NCBI RefSeq assembly: GCF_963921235.1
Contig: NC_086097.1
Span: 53,012,001-53,076,000 of the forward strand
Direction: 5' to 3'
DNA: 64,000 nt
Origin: Mobula hypostoma
Lineage: Eukaryota
Of the stretch, positions 26,801-38,800 are shown in pieces; position 1 is the stretch's first letter, and the number at the start of each line of letters is the position of its first letter. The notes beneath the pieces were generated by a model. It was not told the DNA's origin. It worked only from the letters and a program-made list of their open reading frames with translations, and did no database searches. Made by a program: the position numbers and the translations under genes.

Positions 26801-29800
26801 ACGATATTTCCCTGTGGTAGGTAATTTTTCACAAATAGATAAGCTCTGCACAATTTTTCTTGAAATGGTATTTTGGCAGGAAAACATATCAGCAGAGTTA
26901 TCCTAGAATGATCGGCAATCCAAGAGTTCTAGTTTTAAAGTACCTTTTAGTCATATTTGATGATTTTGTGACTATACAGGTTTGCCCCACCATCCAGAGG
27001 TAGAGCGTTCCTATGAAACAGTTCGTAAGCCAGAATGTGGTAAAGCGAAGAAGCAATTGCCATTTATTTATATGGGAAAAATTTGTGAGTGTTCGCAGAC
27101 CCAAAAAATAACCTATCCAATCATGCCAAATAACACATAAAACCTAAATTAACAGTAACATACAGTAAAAGCAGGAATGATATGATAAATACACAGCCTA
27201 TATAAAGTAGAAATACTTTTCTACAATCTTCCTTTCTTTTTCAATCTTTTTATTAGTTTCATAATAATAAACATAGCATGGTAATGATACAAAGTTATTG
27301 GGAATACATTGTTGTAATTGACATAGTTAAATATAAGCCCAGTTGACACTTAAATGTTAAAACTCTCAATCATACAGGATACAGATGAACAATATAAAAC
27401 AAAGAAAAAATCTAAAAAAAACATGAAAAAGGAAAAACAAATCTAAAAATATAACCCCCCAAAAATCCTAACCTAAACAGTGTTAATCAACTAAACTAAA
27501 AAAAGACATGGGCTGGTATGTAACATCATTAAAAAAAAAGGAACCATTAATGTCAACGATTCCGTTCCTGTCAACAAATATTACAAAGAAATAGAATAAG
27601 TTTGGAAAAGGTCAAATTACATCATATGAAAATGTTGAATAAATGGCCTCCAAGTCTTTTCAAATTTAATAGAGGAATCTTAAACAACACTTCTAATTTT
27701 TTCCAAATTTAAACACAGCATAGTTTGAGAGAACCAATGAAATATGGTAGGAAGATTAATCTCTTTCCATTTCAGCAAAATGGATCTTCTAGCCATTAAT
27801 GTAAGAAATGCAATCATCGGACGAGCTGAAGAAGTTACATGACTTGATTCTATCATTGGTAACCCCAAAGTGGCAGTAATTGGGTGAGGTTGTAAATCAA
27901 TATTCAGAACAGTTGAGATAATATCAAAAATTCTTTCCAATATTTTTTCAACAAAGGACATGACCAAAACATATGAGTTAAAGAAGCTATCTCGGAGTGA
28001 GATCTATCACATATAGAATTTGTATAAGAATAATAACGAGATAATTTATCTTTAGGCATATGAGCCCTATGCACGACTTTAAACTGTATCAACGTATGTT
28101 TAGCACATATAGAGGATGAATTAACTAATTGAAGAATTTTCTCCAGTAACCTTTAAGCTATGAAGCTGCCAAATCTACCAAATAATGCATAAAAATACAC
28201 AGCCTATGTTCAGTAGAAATAATGTATGTACAGTGTAGTATCACTTACCGGAATTGGGAAGACAGCACCGAGCACACCGATGATGGTGTGTTAGGCCGAA
28301 TCGTCAGAGGCTGGGGTAGTGCAGTGGTCCTCAACCTCCAGGCCACTGACCAATACCGATCCGCAGAACATACAGGGGTACAGCTGGATCAAGTTTTTGG
28401 ATCATTGGGACCTCTTTTGGCGCAGGTATGACCTGTTCAAAAAGGACGGGTTACACTTGAATCCTAGGGGGACCAATATCCTGGCGGGGAGATTTGCGAG
28501 GGCTACTGAGGTGACTTTAAACTAGAATGGTTGGGGGGTGGGAATCAAATTAAAGAGACTAGGAGAGAGGAGGCTAGTTAACAACAGGGGGATGGGAACA
28601 AGTGCAGAGAGACAGAGGGGTGTAAAATGAGGGTAGATAAGTAGTAAATAAGTAGTAAGGTGAAAAGTAAAAGTGGCAGGCCGGCAAATGCAGGGCAAAA
28701 ATCAAAAAGGGCCACTTTTCAACATAATTGTATAAGGGCTAAGAGTGTTGTAAAAACGAGCCTGAAGGCTTTGTGTGTCACTGCAAGGAGCATTCGTAAC
28801 AAGGTGGATGAATTAAAAGTGCAGATTGTTATTAATGAATATGATATAGTTGGGATCACAGAGACATGGCTGCAGGGTGACCAGGGATGGGAGCTCAACA
28901 TTCAGGGGTATTCAATATTCAGGAGGGATAGACATGAAAGAAAAGGAGGTGGGGTAGCATTGCTGGTTAGAGAGGAGATTAACGCAATAGAAAGGAAGGA
29001 GATTAGCTGGGACGATGTGGAATCGATATGGGTAGAGCTGCATAACAGTAAGGGGCAGAAAACACTGGTGGGAGTTGTGTACCGGCCACCTAACAGTAGT
29101 AGTGAGGTTGGGGATGGTATTAAACAGGAAATTAGAAATGTGTGCAATAAAGGTACGGCAGTTATAATGGGTGACTTCAATCTACATATAGATTGGGTGA
29201 ACCAAATTGGTAAGGGTGCTGAGGAAGAGGATCTCTTGGAATGTATGTGGGATGGTTTTTTGAACCAACATGTCAAGGAACCAACTAGAGAGCAGGCTAT
29301 TCTAGACTGGGTATTGAGCAATGAGGAAGGGTTAATTAGCAATCTTGTCGTGAGAGGCCCCTTGGGTAAGAGTGACCATAATGTGGTGGAATTCTTTATT
29401 AAGATGGAGAATGACATAGTTAATTCAGAAACAAAGGTTCTGAACTTAAAGAAGGGTAACTTTGAAGGTATGAGACGTGAATTAGCTAAGATAGACTGGC
29501 AAATGACACTTAAAGGGTTGATGGTGGATATGCAATGGCAAGCATTTATAGATCGCATGGATGAACTACAACAATTGTTCATCCCAGTTTGGCAAAAGAA
29601 TAAATCAGGGAAGGTAGTGCACCCGTGGCTGACAAGGGAAATTAGGGATAGTATCAATTCCAAAGAAGAAACGTACAAATTAGCCAGAAAAAGTGGCTTA
29701 CTTGAGGACTGGGAGAAATTCAGAGTCCAGCAGAGGAGGACAAAGGGTTCAATTAGGAAGGGGAAAAAAGATTATGAGAGAAAACTGGCAGGGAACATAA

Positions 29801-32800
29801 AAACTGAATGTAAAAGCTTTTGTAGATATGTGAAAAGAAAAAGATTGGTTAAGACAAATGTAGGTCCCCTACAGACAGAAACAGGTGAATTGATTATGGG
29901 GAGCAAGGACATGGCAGACCAATTGAATAACTACTTTTGTTCTGTCTTCACTAAGGAGGACAGAAATAATCTTCCGGAAATAGTAGGGGACAGAGGGTCC
30001 AGTGAGATGGAGGAACTGAAGGAAATACATGTTAGTAGGGAAGTGGTGTTAGGTAAATTGAAGGGATTAAAGGCAGATAAATCCCCAGGGCCAGATGGTC
30101 TGCATCCCAGAGTGCTTAAGGAAATAGCCCAAGAAATAGTGGATGCATTAGTGATAATTTTTCAAAACACTTTAGATTCTGGACTAGTTCCTGAGGATTG
30201 GAGGGTGGCTAATGTAACCCCACTTTTTAAAAAAGGAGGGAGAGAGAAACTGGGGAATTATAGACCGGTTAGCCTGACATCGGTGGTGGGGAAACTGCTA
30301 GAGTCAGTTATCAAAGATGTGATAACAGCACATTTGGAAAGCGGTGAAATCATCGGACAAAGCATGGATTTGTGAAAGGAAAATCATGTCTGACGGATCT
30401 CATAGAATTTTTTGAGGATGTAACTAGTAGAGTGGATAGGGGAGAACCAGTGGATGTGGTATATTTGGATTTTCAAAAGGCTTTTGACAAGGTCCCACAC
30501 AGGAGATTAGTGTGCAAACTTAAAGCACACGGTATTGGGGGTAAGATATTGATGTGGATAGAGAATTGGTTGGCAGACAGGAAGCAAAGAGTGGGAATAA
30601 ACGGGACCTTTTCAGAATGGCAGGCAGTGACTAGTGGGGTACCGCAAGGCTCGGTGCTGGGACCCCAGTTGTTTATAATATATATTAATGACTTAGATGA
30701 GGGAATTAAATGCAGCATCTCCAAGTTTGCGGATGACACGAAGCTGGGCGGCAGTGTTAGCTGTGAGGAGGATGCTAAGAGGATGCAGGGTGACTTGGAT
30801 AGGTTCGGTGAGTGGGCAAATTCATGGCAGATGCAATTTAATGTGGATAAGTGTGAGGTTATCCACTTTGGTGGCAAGAACAGGAAAACAGATTATTATC
30901 TGAATGGTGGCCGATTAGGAAAAGGGGAGGTGCAACGAGACCTGGGTGTCATTATACACCAGTCATTGAAAGTGGGCATGCAGGTACAGCAGGGAGTGAA
31001 AAAGGCAAATGGTATGCTGGCATTCATAGCAAGAGGATTCGAATACAGGAGCAGGGAGGTACTACTGCAGTTGTACAAGGCCTTGGTGAGACCATGCCTG
31101 GAGTATTGTGTGCAGTTTTGGTTCCCTAATCTGAGGAAAGACATCCTTGCCATAGAGGGAGTACAAAGAAGGTGCACCAGATTGATTCCTGGGATGGCAG
31201 GACTTTCATATTAGGCTTATACTCGTTGGAATTTAGAAGATTGAGGGGGGATCTTATTGAAACATACAAAATCCTAAAGGGATTGGACAGGCTAGATGCA
31301 GGAAGATTGTTCCTGATGTTGGGGAAGTCCAGAACGAGGGGAGAACAGTTTGAGGATAAAGGGGAAGCCTTTTAGGACCGGGATGAGGAAAAACTTCTTC
31401 ACACAGAGAGTGGTGAATCTGTGGAATTCTCTGCCACAGGAAACAGTTGAGGCCAGTTCATTGGCTATATTTAAAAGGGAGTTAGATATGGCCCTTGCGG
31501 CTAAAGGGATCAGGGGGTATGGAGGGATGGCCGGGCGGCACCTAATTAATTAGCTTGTTTATTTCGGCTTTTTTAATTAAAGATGTGTTGGGTGCATCCC
31601 GGCTACCGCTGCATTCTCCGTGGCAACGTATCGGTCCGCGGCCTGGGGGTTGGGGTGGTGGGACACTGGGATGTCATCTCATCATCGTCTGTTTCCATCA
31701 GGGCAGGCAGGTCATCTTCTTCTATGTCTACCTGCCTCGATGTCGAAGGTCGAGGTTCATCGTCTGCTGTGGCTGATATGGAAGGCTTGAAGAACGACAG
31801 TATGCTTGACTGCTTAGCCTTGCGCATTTTTCTATCATACAGTTCTTTGTAAGCACTTAAACCATCCTGCAAATATGCCCTAAACTGACGTACCCTTTCA
31901 AAATTAAAGTTGTACTTTTCTGCAATCATTGCAGCGAAAATCTCACTCAGTTGTTTCACATTCAGTTCCTGGACGACTTCACTTTTGGTCCGTTCGCTAC
32001 TGCATTTGGTTTTAATTGTTACCCTTTCCTCTTCCAATTGCGTCAGCTGTTCATTTATCAGTTCTTGGTCATGGGATGCCAAAACCTCTTCAACATCATC
32101 TTCGTCAACTTCCATAAGCCAAACTCACTTTGTCCTTACTTCGTTCACCACGATCAAAACACTTAATTGTGTCTAGTTTTATGCTCAGTGTAACACCCTT
32201 ACGAGTTCTTTTAGGCTTTTCCGATACCTTAGAACTCATCTTGCTAACGGCTGCTCACAGGCACGTATTTAAGCAATGCCGGCTAGAATACAGTTCCGGG
32301 AGAGGAGCTTGGCTGCCTTTTATCGCGCGCTGCCTTTTTTCCTAACAGTGAAAACACCTGTTAGCGAAAACAGGTAACTAATGTAAGTCTTTCGTAACAG
32401 CGAAGTTTCATAATGCGAACATTCAAAAAGCGCGGGACACCTGTATATTGTTTTCTTATTTGGTTTACTTTGGTTTCCAAAAGTTTAGTTAACTTTTAAG
32501 CTAACAGTAATCAAGTGTTTAACTTAATTACTGAATGTGCTTTGTGTATAGAGCGGTGGAGTTGAGATGCCATATGTCTTGTATGGCAGTTTAAAAAATA
32601 CCGCCCAGAATTGATGGCATCTGTCTGTCTCGAAGGGCAATGGAGTGTACGCTATGGTTCAGTCTTTTTTGTAGAGTCGCAGCACCTGCTATTGCTGCAC
32701 AGTTCAATTTTGGAGCGGCAGGTTTTGCTGTAGTTTCCACAAGTTAATGTTGTGCCAGGCTGTGGAGGTGATGCAAAGATTCCTCTTACCGTCAAAGACA

Positions 32801-35800
32801 GCCTGCAGCACCTGTTACCTAAGCCAGTTGGTGAGGGCTTATCACTCGCAACTACTCCCTCTCGTGTTGGTCCTGTTGCTGCAAGCAGCATCACTGGAAT
32901 AACCTCTCCAGGGCACAAGCCTGGGCAGATGGTATGGAGATTCCGGGGTGCTCAGTTGTCAAGATCCCCCTCTCGGCCTCACTGGTGTAGTCCAAAGGAA
33001 AGCAAAGCAGTACATTTGGCACAAGAAGCTACTGGAAGGACGTTCAGTGATATCCAGCTGCCTTAGGGGCTCATCTCTGGATTTTCTTTCTGGGTTTACA
33101 CCTGTAGCCTTCATCTCTCCTGAGGCTGCCCACAAGCAGTGGGGCTATTTACCCATAGCTAGGGATCTGGTACACAAGCTATTTGAGATGCATGTCATTG
33201 GAGCATTTAAAAGGTAGTGGGGACTTATCCCCACTCCCAGCTATGACAACCTTAAGGAACCAGAGTTAAGAAACTGCAAAGGTTTTTTAAAAAAAACCCA
33301 GATGGGGGTTATATGGAAGCCTCTGGAGAGTAGCCTGTTGTGGGATACAAATTACAAGGGAGATAGAAGAAACATGTAAAAAGGGCAATGTTGCAATAGT
33401 CATGGGCGATTTCAGTATGCAGGTAGACTGGAAAAATGGTTGGCATTGGATCCCAGGAGAGGGAATTTGTAGAAGACCTACAAGATGGCTTTTTAGGGCA
33501 ACTTGTTGAGCCCACTAGGGGAAAGGCAATTCTGGATTGGGTGTTATGTAATGACCCGGATTTGATGAGGGAGTTTAAGATAAAGGAACCTTTAGGAGAG
33601 AGTGAACATAATATGATAGAATTCATCCTGCAGTTTGAGAGGGAGAAGCTAAAGTCAGATGTATCAGTATTATAGTGGAGTAAAGAGAAGTACAGAAGTA
33701 TGACCGGGAGCTGGCCAGAGCTGATTGGAAATGGAGACCAGCAGGGATGATGGCAGAACAGTAAAGGCTGGTATTTGTAGGAGCTGTTCGGATGGCGCAG
33801 GATAGTTACATCCCAAAGATAGAGTAGTATTATTAAGGGAGAATGAGGCAGTGTGGCTGACAAGGGAAATAAAGAAAGCACAAAAAGAAAAGAGAGGGCA
33901 TATAATAGCAAAAATTGGTGGAAAGTTAGAGGATTGAGAAGCTTTTTAAGACCAACCGAGGGCAAGCCATAAGGAAAGAAAAAATGAAATGTGAAGGCAA
34001 GTTAGCGAGTAATATAAGAGAGGATACAAAAAGTTGTTTCAAATATATTAAAGAGCAGAAGATTTGGAGAGTGAATATTGGACCACTGGAAATGATGCTG
34101 GAGAGGTAGTAAAGGAGAGCAAAGAAATGGTAGGTGAACTTGATAAGTATTTGTGTCAGTCTTCACTGTGGAATACACTAGTAGTATGCCAGAAATTCAA
34201 GAATTTTAGGGCAGAAATGACTGTTATTGCTGTAATCACTAGATTCCCATATGGTTTCAGAGGACTGGAAAATTACAAATGTCACTCCACTCTTTTGAAG
34301 GGAGGGAAGCAGAAGAAAGGAAATTATAGGCCAGTTAGCCTGACTTCAGTGGTTGGGAAGATGTTGGAGTCCATTATTAAGGATGAGCTTTTGGAATACA
34401 TGGAGGCACATGATAAAACAGGCCAAAGTCAGCATGGTTTCCTTAAGGAGAAATCTTGTCTGACAATTCTGTTGGAATTCTTTGAGGAATTAACAGGCAT
34501 GTTAGACAAAGGAGAGTTAATGGATGTTGTTTACTTGGATTTTCAGAAGGCCTTTGACAAGGTGCCCCACATGAGGCTGCATAACAAGATAAGAGCCCAT
34601 GGAATTACAGGAAAGATACTAGCATGGAAAGATGATTGGCTGACTGGTGGGAGGCAGTGAGGGGATAAAGGGGGCCTTTTCTGGTTGGCTGCTGGTGACT
34701 GGTGGTGTTCTACAGGGGTCAGTGTTGGAACTGCTTCTTTTCACAGTATATGTCAGTGATTTGGATGATGAAATTGATGGCTTTGTGGCCAAGTTTGCGA
34801 CAATACGAAAATAAGTGGAGGGGCAGGTAGTGTGATGGAAGCAGGGAGTTTGCAGAAGGACTTTGATAGTTTGGGAGAATGGACAAAGAAGTAGCAGATG
34901 GAATGAAGAGTAGAGCAGTGTATGGCCATGGACTTTGGTTGAAAAAATAAAGGCACAGACCATTTTCTAATCAGAGTTGCAAAGGGACTCGGGAGTCCTC
35001 ATGCAGGATTCCCTAAAGTTTAACTTGCAGGTTGAGTCAGTGGTAAAGAAGGCAAATGCAATATTGGCATTTATTTCTAGAGGACTAGAATATAAAAGCA
35101 GAAATGTAATGTTGAGGCTTAATAAGGCATTGGTCAGACCACTCTGGATATTGTGTGCAGTTTTGGGCCCCTTGTATATGAAAAGATTTGCTGGCATTGG
35201 AGAAGGTCCATAAGACCATAAGATGTTGGAACAGAATTAGGCCTTTCAGCCCGTTGAGTCTGCTCCACAATTCCATCATGGCTGATCCCAGATCCCACTC
35301 AACCCCATACATTTGTCTTTTCGCCCTATCCTTTGATGCACTGACCCATCAGGAAATGATCAACTTCTACTTTAAGTATACCCACGGACTTGGCCTCCAC
35401 TGTAGTCTGTGGCAGAACATTCCACAGATTCAACATTCTCTGGCTAAAAAAATTCCTCCTTACCTCTATCCTAAAAGGGTGCCCCTCAGTTTTGAGGTTG
35501 AGCCCTCTAATTCTGGAAACCCCACCATAGGAAACATCTTATCTAGACCTTCCAACATTTGATAGGTTTCATTGAGATCCCCACACATTTTTCTAAATTC
35601 CAGTCAGTACAGGTCCAAAGCTTTCAAATGCTCCTCATATATTAACCTCTTCATTCCCACAATCAACCTCATGAACCTCCTCTGGACTCTCTGCAATGAC
35701 AATACATTGTTTCTGAGATAAGGGGCCCAAAACTGTTGACAATACTACAAGTGCATTCTGACTAGTGTCTTATAAAGGCTCAGCATTATCTCCTTGCCAG

Positions 35801-38800
35801 AGGAGGTTCACAAGATTGATTCTGAGAATGAAAAGATTAATGTATGAGAGCGTTTGATAGCTCTGGGCCTATACTCACTGGAGGTTAGAAGAAAGAGAGG
35901 AGGTCTCATTGAAACCTATCGAATATTGAAAGGCCTAGACAGAGTGGACGTGAAGAAGATGTTTCCTATAGTAGCGGATGGACCTCTACCTCACTGAGGC
36001 CAAACGGCAGTTCTTTGACACCTCCTCTTACTTACCTCTGGAACAGGATCCCACCAAAAAACATCAAACCATTGTCTCCCGTACCATCACCGCCCTTATC
36101 AACTCCGGAGACCTTCCATCCTCAGCTACAAAACTCATAATTCCCACACCCTGTACTGCTCGGTTTTACCTCCTCCCCAAGATCCACAAGCCTGTCCCGG
36201 TAGACCCATAGTTTCTGCCTGCTCCTGCCCCACCAAACTTGTATCTGCCTATCTGGACTCCATTTTGTCACTCATAGTTCAGTCCCTCCCCACCTACATC
36301 CAGGATACATCCCATGCCCTCCACCTCTTCAATAACTTCCAGTTCCCCGGTCCCGATCGCTTCATTTTCACTATGGATGTCCAATCCTTATACACCTCCA
36401 TTCCCCATCAAGAAGACAGCAAAGCCCTCCACTACTTTCTGGACAATAGACCTCACCAGTTCCCCACCACCACTACCCTCCTCCGGTTGGCAGAACTGGT
36501 ACTCACACTTAATAACTTCTCTTTTGGCTCTTCCCACTTTCTTGAGACCAAGGGTGTAGCTATAGGCACTCGCATGGGCCCCAGCTATGCCTGCCTATTC
36601 GTCGGTTATGTGGAACAGTCTATGCTCCAAACCTATACTGGTACTGCTCCCCAACTTTTCCTTCACTGCATTGATGACTACATTGGTGCTGCTTCCTGCA
36701 CCCATGCTGAGCTCGTCAATTTCATCGACTTTACTTCAAACTTCCACCCAGCCCTCAAATTCACTTGGTCTATCTCGGACACTTCTCTCCCCTTTCTCGA
36801 TCTCTCGGTCTTCATCCCTGGAGACAGACTGTCCACTGACATATTCTATAAGCCCACTGACTCTCATAACTACCTCGACTATACCTCTTCCCACCCTGCC
36901 ACATGCAAAATTGCCATTCCCTATTCCCAGTTCCTCCGCCTCCGCCGCATCTGCTCCCAGGATGAGGCTTTCCATTGCAGGACATCTCAAATGTCCTCTT
37001 TCTTTAAGGATTGTGGTTTCCCTTCTACGGTGATCAATGATGCCCTCACTCGCATCTCCTCCATTTCCCGCACTTTGGCCCTCACCCCATCTTCCGGCCA
37101 CCACAACAGGGGCAGAGTTCCTCTTGTCCTCACCTACCACCCCACCAGCCTCCGGATCCAGCACATTATCCTCTGCAACTTCCGCCACCTTCAACAGGAC
37201 CCCACCACTAAGCCCATCTTTCCCTCTCCACCCCTCTCTGCTTTCTGCAGGGATCGTTCCCTCCGCGACTCCTTGGTCCGCACGTCCCTCCCCAGGGATC
37301 TCCCACCCGGTACTTATCCCTGTAAGCGTAAGTGCTACAACTGTCCCTACACCTCCTCTCTTGCCACCATTCAGGGCCCCAAACAGTCCCTCCAGGTGAG
37401 GCAACACTTCACTTGTGAGTCTGTTGGGGTCATCTATTGCATCCGGTGCTCACGGTGCAGCCTCCTCTACATTGGTGAAATCTGATGCAGGTTGGGGGAC
37501 CGCTTCGTCGAGCACCTCCGCTCCGTCCGCCACAACAGACAGGATCTCCCAGTAGCCACCCACTTCAACTCTGCTTCCCACTCCCATTCAGCTGTGTCCA
37601 TACATGGCCTCCTCTACTGCCGTGATGATGCTAAACTCAGGTTGGAGGAGCAACACCTCATATACCGTCTAGGTAGTCTCCAGCCCTTGGTATGAACATA
37701 GAATTCTCCAACTTCCGGTAATTCCCTCCCCCTCCCTTCCCCTATCACAGTTTCACTCTGCCCCCTCCCCCAGCTGCCTACCACCTCCCTTATGGTTCTG
37801 CCTCCTTCTACTACCCATTGTGCTTTCCCCTGTTCCTTCTTCACCTTTCCTGCCTATCCCCTCCCTGCTTCCCCTCCCCCACCCCTTTATCTTTCCCCTT
37901 ACTGGTTTTTCACCTGGAACCTACCAGCCTTCTCCTTACCACCCTCCCCCCATCTTATTATAGGGCCTCTGCCCCTTCCCTCTTCAGTCCTGACGAAGGG
38001 TTCCGGCCCAAAACGTTGACTGATCGTTTCCATAGATGCTGCCCGACCTGCTGAGTTCCTCCAGCTTGTTGTGAGTGTTGTTTCCTATAGTGGATGTCTA
38101 GGATTACAGGGCACGTCCTCGGAATAGGAGGGTGTCCATTTAGAACTGAGATGAGGAGAAATTTCTTTAGCCAGAGGGTGGTGAATCTGTGGAGTTCATT
38201 GCCACAGATGGTTGTGGAGACCAAATCAATGAGTATATATAAAGTGGAGGTTGATAGGTTCTTGATTAGGCAGGGCATCAAAGATTACGGAGAGAGGGCA
38301 GGAGAATAGGGTTCAGAGGGTAATTAATCAGCCATGATAGAATGGCGCAGCAGACTTGATGGGCCAAGTGGCCTAATTCTACCCCTCTGTCTTATGGTCT
38401 TGTATGAAATGAACTGCTAGAGGAAGTGGTTGAGACGGTACGTTTACAACATTTAAAATGTATCTGGATTGGTACTTGGATAGGAAAGGTTATGGGCTGG
38501 ACGTAGACATATGGGACTAGTTTAGATGGGAATCTTGGTTGGTATCAACCAGTTGGGCTGAAGTTGCTGTTTCTGTACTGTATGACTTTATGTGGTTGTG
38601 CTCCGATTTGAAAGTTGTGTGTCCTTAGTCTGCATGTTCAGACTGATGGAAATCTCAGTAAATACTACCTTTTTATATGTACTGCAGAATACAAAACTGG
38701 CTTACAAAATCTTTCCTAACTGTCAGGAACCCTAATAATATTCTGGGAATCTGTATACTGTCCTTCAAATGACATTGCAATTTTTCCCAAGCTACACCAG

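Larger units (their letters stand above)
26977..32443 (-). mobile_element. Internally deleted Tigger/pogo DNA transposon hosting L1 and CR1 insertions
   Basis: TA-flanked imperfect TIRs (CAGGTTTGCCCC.. / ..GCGGGACACCTG); N-terminal [23 protein letters not shown] from ATG 32239; C-terminal [32 protein letters not shown] (31603-32115). Confidence 0.8.
33300..38400 (+). mobile_element. Degraded CR1 LINE hosting an antisense CR1 fragment and a Penelope element
   Basis: [50 protein letters not shown]. Confidence 0.88.

Noticed and set aside
28902..30877. Long minus-strand ORFs (258 aa, 134 aa); likewise 36736-37407
   Set aside because: Antisense shadows of the CR1 and Penelope coding regions
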